Below are positions 30,178 through 64,000 of a stretch of 64,000 nucleotides of DNA, one piece after another. Numbering within the stretch: position 1 is the first letter of the stretch; each line of letters opens with the position of its first letter. The position numbers and the translations under genes are program-made. The stretch covers positions 8,560,818 through 8,624,817 of the forward strand of contig CAVNZM010000008.1 of NCBI GenBank assembly GCA_963693365.1, in the 5' to 3' direction. Origin of the DNA: Amoebidium appalachense. Taxonomy: Eukaryota; Protista; Ichthyosporea. The notes under the pieces were generated by a model. It had not been told where the DNA came from. It made no database searches and worked only from the letters and a program-made list of their open reading frames with translations.

Positions 30178-31143
30178 TCACCGCCTTCTTCTATAGCTAG
30201 GGGGACTTTTCGGCTGCACAAGCACCATCACAACCTCCTTCTTTTCAAACTTCCCCTCCCCGGCAGCAAGACACAACCGCCCGCATCTTTCGGGCGTCGT
30301 ATGGACGTCAATGTCACGTGGGCACACATACACACTCTTGGTTGTCTTGTATACACCCCCTACCAATGCACCTGCGTACGAGTTTTTCCCGTCCAAGTCT
30401 TCCACTTCTACACACTCCCACGGTTCAGGGGAAACGTTGGCTGCTAGGGCTGCGCTAGTAGCCGAACGTGCCTCCCTCTCCTCCATCTCCCTTTTCTCTC
30501 TCTCGTGGCTTTCGAAGTGTGCGGTTAGCTTGCGGGTCAACATATCAACACCGAAGAACTCAGAAGCGCTCAGAAGTAACTTGTGCTCGTGCACTTCTTT
30601 TGCGGATGATAGATCAAACTTCTTCGCTACACCTGTCCGTAGGAAAGCAAGAATGTGAGCAAACGAGTCGCCGTCATGGTCGATGAAAAACACGGGTGCA
30701 TCTGTGCTGCTACAATCGCCCGGGGGTAGGGTGGTGGTTGGGAACTTGTTTTCACGGAGGGCGAAAAAATACTTGCTTCCGGACGTGAGTGTTGATACTG
30801 CTGTGGTGAATTGGCGGTCTCCGACACGAAGTTCGACAATCCCGTGGTTAGGAAAGAGCGAGAGGGGGTTTGTTGTGTGGTTTTGTTCGTTTCCTCTGGT
30901 TTCTGTTAAAATGTTTTCTGTTGTCGACGATGTCATTACTGGTGCAAGTGGTGAGGACGTTGGCTGTGTAGCAGTGTCCGACTCATTTGTTGTTGTGTTT
31001 GGATTTTTGGGGAGGACGTTTGTCACAGTGGCTGTTGCTTCCTTTGGCAGTGTTCGAATAGGTCGGCGCTCTCCCTTGTCCATATGACCCCAGGCCCGGG
31101 GCTGACGGGAGGAGGAGCTTGGGGAAGTGCTGCTTGCATTCAT
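30178..31143 (-). CDS. Intronless BTB/POZ (KCTD/T1-type) domain protein, 321 aa
   Basis: Complex, non-repetitive ORF. BTB motifs IVELRVGDRQFTTAVSTL, FFIDHDGDSFAHILAFLRTG and LLSASEFFGVDML. Cys/His-containing C-terminal segment YVCPRDIDVH..CGRLC. Confidence 0.88.
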   Translation of the reverse strand: MNASSTSPSSSSRQPRAWGHMDKGERRPIRTLPKEATATVTNVLPKNPNTTTNESDTATQPTSSPLAPVMTSSTTENILTETRGNEQNHTTNPLSLFPNHGIVELRVGDRQFTTAVSTLTSGSKYFFALRENKFPTTTLPPGDCSSTDAPVFFIDHDGDSFAHILAFLRTGVAKKFDLSSAKEVHEHKLLLSASEFFGVDMLTRKLTAHFESHEREKREMEEREARSATSAALAANVSPEPWECVEVEDLDGKNSYAGALVGGVYKTTKSVYVCPRDIDVHTTPERCGRLCLAAGEGKFEKKEVVMVLVQPKSPPSYRRRR

Positions 31144-31688
31144 TTCCGTGCATGTGTGTGGGCTGTATGTAAAAAGTTGACTCCCGGCACAGCACTAAGT
31201 AGTGTAGGCGTTGTTAAATGTAATGAACTCGCCACCTTCGATAAGAAAAAACCCACTGATCCAGAGATTGTCTCTACTAGCTAACATAATAAAGACTTGT
31301 AACCCAACGGCAACTAAGTGCAGTGTTAAGTGGCAGGCGTTTACGCACTGAGTCTTTTATACAATACTTGACCACTAGTACTGGTAGTGCTCTTCGTGTT
31401 GGGGACAATTCGTGTTGTCATACAGCTCAAACTGACGTCCACAGATGTCACTTCGTGTGTTACAATTTCCGAGTTCGTGCTCTTTTCCAGGAAAACGTTT
31501 TGACAGGAGCGCGAGTGTACATTGCCGCATATGGACTGGCGGTGTCATGTTTAGGGTGAGAAAGCAGGCTGAAAAAAGGCCGAAAGTGATAAAAATACTC
31601 TTTACTTAGTCTCCTTATACAACGGGCACAATACTCGATTGCAAACTCTCTCCGTCAGTCAACCAATACATACACACACACACACACA

Positions 31689-32676
<988 letters not shown>

Positions 32677-33494
32677 TTGCTCCCTGGTCCCATTCCCTTT
32701 TTATGCACAAGTTTTCTAGTCATGCTATCGCCTGCCTTACCAGTTAACTGAAAGGAGCTAATGATTGAATCTGAATATATACACATGTTACCATGCAGGT
32801 GAGACGAACATGGTATTTTGCACTGACAAGGTTATATTGGCAAGCTCAGGCTCAACTTCAGCAAAAATATGGGTGGCCCGAAAGGTTATACATTGTCCGC
32901 CAGCCGTCTGCCAAAGGTCGGCAGTTTGACACGAGGACCTACATTACCGTAGGCCACACGACAAAACAGGGAAGGCCACCCAATCCACGCGTGCTGCAAA
33001 AACAGAATATGCTTTAAAAAAATTTAAATTTGATTGTGGGACTTTCAGTGCAGTACCGTAATTTTGGTTGATTGATTTCCAGCTAGGCCTCGACACGGTG
33101 CCTAATGAGTGCTTGACACAGCAAAATATGATGAAGTAGAGACCTGACACGTGTTCGGAACGAGTCGTGCACATGCAAGATTATGTGCGTATTCATGCAT
33201 ATGCATATGGCTCAGTTAGGTGGTGATCTATCCCTCCCCTCCCCCCCCCCCCCCCCCTCCCCTTATTCCTCTCCCCCCTTCCCCCCTCGGAGTCCCCCCC
33301 CCCCCCCCACCAACCCCCCCCAGGGGGGATCCTGCATTCTCTGGCCTTGCGGGGGTCACCGTGGGGACGCAATCATATTTTTGGTTAACTATGATCGCCG
33401 CGCAAACTCGGGGGGAAAGAGTCGTCGGAGGGAGGGGGGAGGGGGGGACTCCGAGGGAGTTGTGTGTGTCAGTGTGTGTGTGTGTGTTTGTGTG

Positions 33495-33574
<80 letters not shown>

Positions 33575-33596
33575 GGGTGTGTGTGTGTTACAGTCA

Positions 33597-33694
<98 letters not shown>

Positions 33695-34514
33695 CTGTCT
33701 TTGTGTGTCTGTGCATGTGTACGTGCATGCATGCATGTGCATGCATGTACGTGCGTGCGTGCGTGCGTGTGTGCGTGCGTGTGCGTGCGCGCGCATGCGC
33801 GTGCGTGTGTTTTGGAAGGTGGGGTGGAGGGGGTGGGAGCCTTGGGGAAATGGGGGAAAAACTCCCGTGCCTATACACAACAAAATGACATCGAATGGAA
33901 ATTTGAATTGAATAGCCAGGTCCCCTGAAGAACTGGGGCATTGCAAAGTCGTTTGTAGGTAAGTTACTCGAAGACACACTTGTTCCATACTATACACACA
34001 TATCCCTCAGTCCTCAGTCCGGATTACTTCTCTTAGCTATGTAATGATGGAGCCGATTCCACAAGAGACTAATTAGCCTGAGCGGCCATCTTGAAAAGTA
34101 GAGGCATGACCAACATGCTTGAAGAGCTCACAAGCATGATTAAGCATCTGTACAGGTCGGCCAATTCCCCACCAGCTGCTATAGGAAGCGAGACATCGCT
34201 GATGAATTTGCTATGAATGATTGTGGGGCACAGGACTCTTTGGTTCATTGGTATATGGTGGCAAAATAAATCAGATCAAGCGTTCCGCTTCTCTCTTTAG
34301 AACTTCAGTGTTTTTCAAATTTAACACAGAGACGCTGCCCGTTTGTCGGGTCATTTCTCCCGTGTGGTATTTTTACCATTAAAATCTCCGGATGCTGCAT
34401 CGTTGCAAACCGGTCTATTTATACCGTTGTGTTCTTCGCCCCATACGCCTAGCAACCCCCCCCCCCCCCCTTCCCCCCCCCCCCCTTCCCTTCCCTCCCC
34501 CCCCCCCCCCCCCC

Positions 34515-34546
<32 letters not shown>

Positions 34547-34829
34547 CACTACCACCTTTACAGTCACAGGATGTTCATAAATTATGACTTATTTAGAGTC
34601 ACTGAGGCCCTAAATCATGGACAAACGAGCTATCATAGATAGCGCAACTAAATAACAAACAACAAACTATTCTCGGGCTCGGAGAGCTTTGCCAAAGTGA
34701 CTGATGTATAGATAACCCATTTAATTAGTACCTACCAGATAGTATACGTCAAAAACCCCGTTTAACTAGTGTAGCATGATGTACTCGTACGTCCCTAAGT
34801 ACTCAAACCTAGTTTAGCCTATATAGGCA

Positions 34830-35047
<218 letters not shown>

Positions 35048-35230
35048 CATTCCCAAGTTCTTTTCTGCTGGGCCCTGGTGTCGTATACTCTATACTCTAG
35101 CACATGAAGTACACATTCCGGTCATGTGTTATTGCTAGTTCGTGATAAAGCAGAGTGTTACAGTATAACTTGTGTAATTGCTGGAGTCGTTAGATCTTTT
35201 ATGTGAATCCCTCCCCCTCCCCCCCCCTCC

Positions 35231-35720
35231 AGGGCCTAACCACATCAGCTGAGTCAACTTGCTCCGAGCAGAACTATTCTGCAAAAAGCAGAAGTATTCT
35301 GCAAAAAGCAGAATCATTCTGCGAAAAGCAGAATTTTTCTGTGAAAAGCAGAATCAATCTGCTAAAAGCAGAATTATTCTGCAAAAGCAGAATCAATCTG
35401 CTAAAAGCAGAATCACTCTGCAAACAGCAGAATCAATCTGCTAACAGCAGAATCAATCTGCTAAAAGCAGAATTATTCTGCTGTCGAAAACAAAATGATT
35501 CTGCTTTTAGCGGAATAATTCTGCTAATAGCAGAATAATTCTGCTAAAAGCAGAGTGATTCTGTTAAAAGCAGAGTGATTCTGCTAAAAAGCAGAGTGAT
35601 TCTGATTTTGCAGAATAATTCTGCTTTTTGCAGAATAATTCTACTTTTTGCAGAATAATTCCGCTTTGGCAGAATAATTATACTTTTTGCAAGTTGACTC
35701 TGCTGACGTGGTTGGGTCCT
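35231..35720. mobile_element. MITE/foldback-like element with 32-bp terminal inverted repeats and internal ~20-21-bp tandem repeats
   Basis: AGGGCCTAACCACATCAGCTGAGTCAACTTGC (35231-35262) matches the reverse complement of 35689-35720 with 4 mismatches. The interior is an array of AAAAGCAGAATNA(T/A)TCTGC units that switches orientation near 35600. Confidence 0.8.
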
Positions 35721-36949
35721 CCCTCCCTCCCCTTCCCCCCGGTGCTTCAAAGCTCCTTTGATGTCTTCTTCTATCCCGCAATCCTTACCAAAATTTGCAG
35801 TGCTCATCAGGACCTGTTGGCCACAGGTGTGTGGGTGGCCCCCCGTCCATACTGTCACTGCCAGATCATTCAAATCTGCAGTGAGTTGGGATAGATAGAC
35901 GTTCTCTGGAACAAGCCTGCATCAACCTGTGAGGTGTAAATGTCGCCCATTTTGAAGTAACATCGCTGAAGACATGGACCAATCACAATGCTCGGTTGCA
36001 GGGGGAAAACAATGGGGACAGCTGACGAGTTTTATTTTGGGTGGTGGCTCCAATGCGCGTATGATGATGTCATAATGAATCATTAGGGGAGGACTTTACT
36101 ACCTGGACCCTCCCCACTCCCTCCCCCTCCTCCCCCGGGCCCCCCCCCCCTTCCCCCCCCCCCCCCCCCCCCCCCCGCCTGACATACAAAACAGCGCGAC
36201 ACACGCGCACACGCGCACTGACGCAAGTGCACACACGCAAACGCGTGCACACACGCGGGAAGGGGAGGGGGGGGGGGGGAGGGGGGTTCATAAGAAAAAC
36301 ATAGTGGTGCAAAGAACGCACCGTGGGCACCGGTCCACAATAGCCAAACCCTCTATAGACTCTGACCAAGGAGCTCACTTTACTTTACAAGGTTCTGGCA
36401 GAGGTGGGAGCAGGGGGGAGGGGGAGGGGGGGGGAGGGGGGGGGGGGGAGGGGAGAGGGGAGGGCCAAGAGAAGTCAATACAAAAAAACAATAGGCTGAG
36501 CGCTGGAGACTCTGAGGGCAGGTCACGGTGACCAGGGAGAGGGGAGAAGGGGAAAGGTGGGTAAGCGGGGGGGAGGGGGGGGGGGGGGGGCGGATTAACG
36601 TTCTCATGCAGAAATATTGGATGAAGGCTTGGAGCTCTGGGTGTGTGTTGTGTGGGAGGGGGGTTTATATCCCCCCCCCCCCCCCCCCCACTACCACTCG
36701 TCCCCCACTCTATTCCCTTTTGTTTTACTGTATGTGTGTGTAATTTTATTCTTTTTGGGGGGATAGAAGGGGGGAGGGGGGAGGGGGGGGGGGGGGGTGG
36801 AAGGGTGGGGGGAAAAGGGTGTGGGGGGGAGAGGGAGAGGGTAGGGGAGGGGGAAGGGGAGAGGGGGACGAGATGATGCCCAGCCTAGGGAATTTGGGCA
36901 TTCGATTTTTTTTCTCTACTTGTAGCACCTGGACCTGCCAACTCCCAGT

Positions 36950-48990
<12,041 letters not shown>

Positions 48991-49068
48991 CAATTCATAA
49001 AATTGCAAAAAGGCTATCTATCACCCGACCTATTTATACCTCTAGCATTTCATGCCATAAGCCCCCCC

Positions 49069-49099
<31 letters not shown>

Positions 49100-49268
49100 A
49101 GAAGCAAGTAAAATCCACATGGTTGTTTGTACCACTCCCTTCCCCGTTATTTGGTCATCGTCTCTCGGATATTATATTGTGTATATAACTCATGTACACA
49201 CTAATTCACTATACCAAGCACAGGCATACACAAAATGTCATAAAATCATACACGGGTTTTAAAAGAAA

Positions 49269-64000
<14,732 letters not shown>

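Noticed and set aside
35203-35740. CRISPR-like array
   Set aside because: Units are contiguous with no unique spacers, the context is eukaryotic, and there are no cas genes.

Overview
Eukaryotic genomic DNA, intron-rich and saturated with poly(C)/poly(G) runs and (CA)n, (CT)n and (CGTG)n microsatellites. Almost all ORFs in the supplied track are repeat artefacts. Manual splicing recovers four genes. (1) A minus-strand Stn1/RPA32-like OB-fold + winged-helix gene with a very long disordered linker (1353-7768, 5' end unresolved). (2) A plus-strand EF-hand-containing Na+/Ca2+ exchanger-like (NCL/EFCAX) gene with at least 15 exons (12038-27498). (3) An intronless BTB/POZ (KCTD-like) gene (30178-31143, minus). 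(4) A minus-strand sirtuin with a SIRT2-type catalytic core and a long acidic N-terminus carrying a SIRT1-like helical motif (49269 to beyond 64000). The central region holds a TIR-bounded foldback/MITE and a decayed ~5-kb tandem duplication. Two non-coding signals stand out. (a) A dispersed, 5'-truncated repeat family that ends in poly(C) rather than poly(A), sits in C-tracts mostly in the host sense orientation, and carries a pseudoknotted RNA structure supported by compensatory changes between subfamilies. (b) Repeated local 'echo' duplications of exon-intron junctions at seven exons of two genes. Exon models were read by eye, with no RNA data or database searches. Homopolymer lengths may be unreliable.
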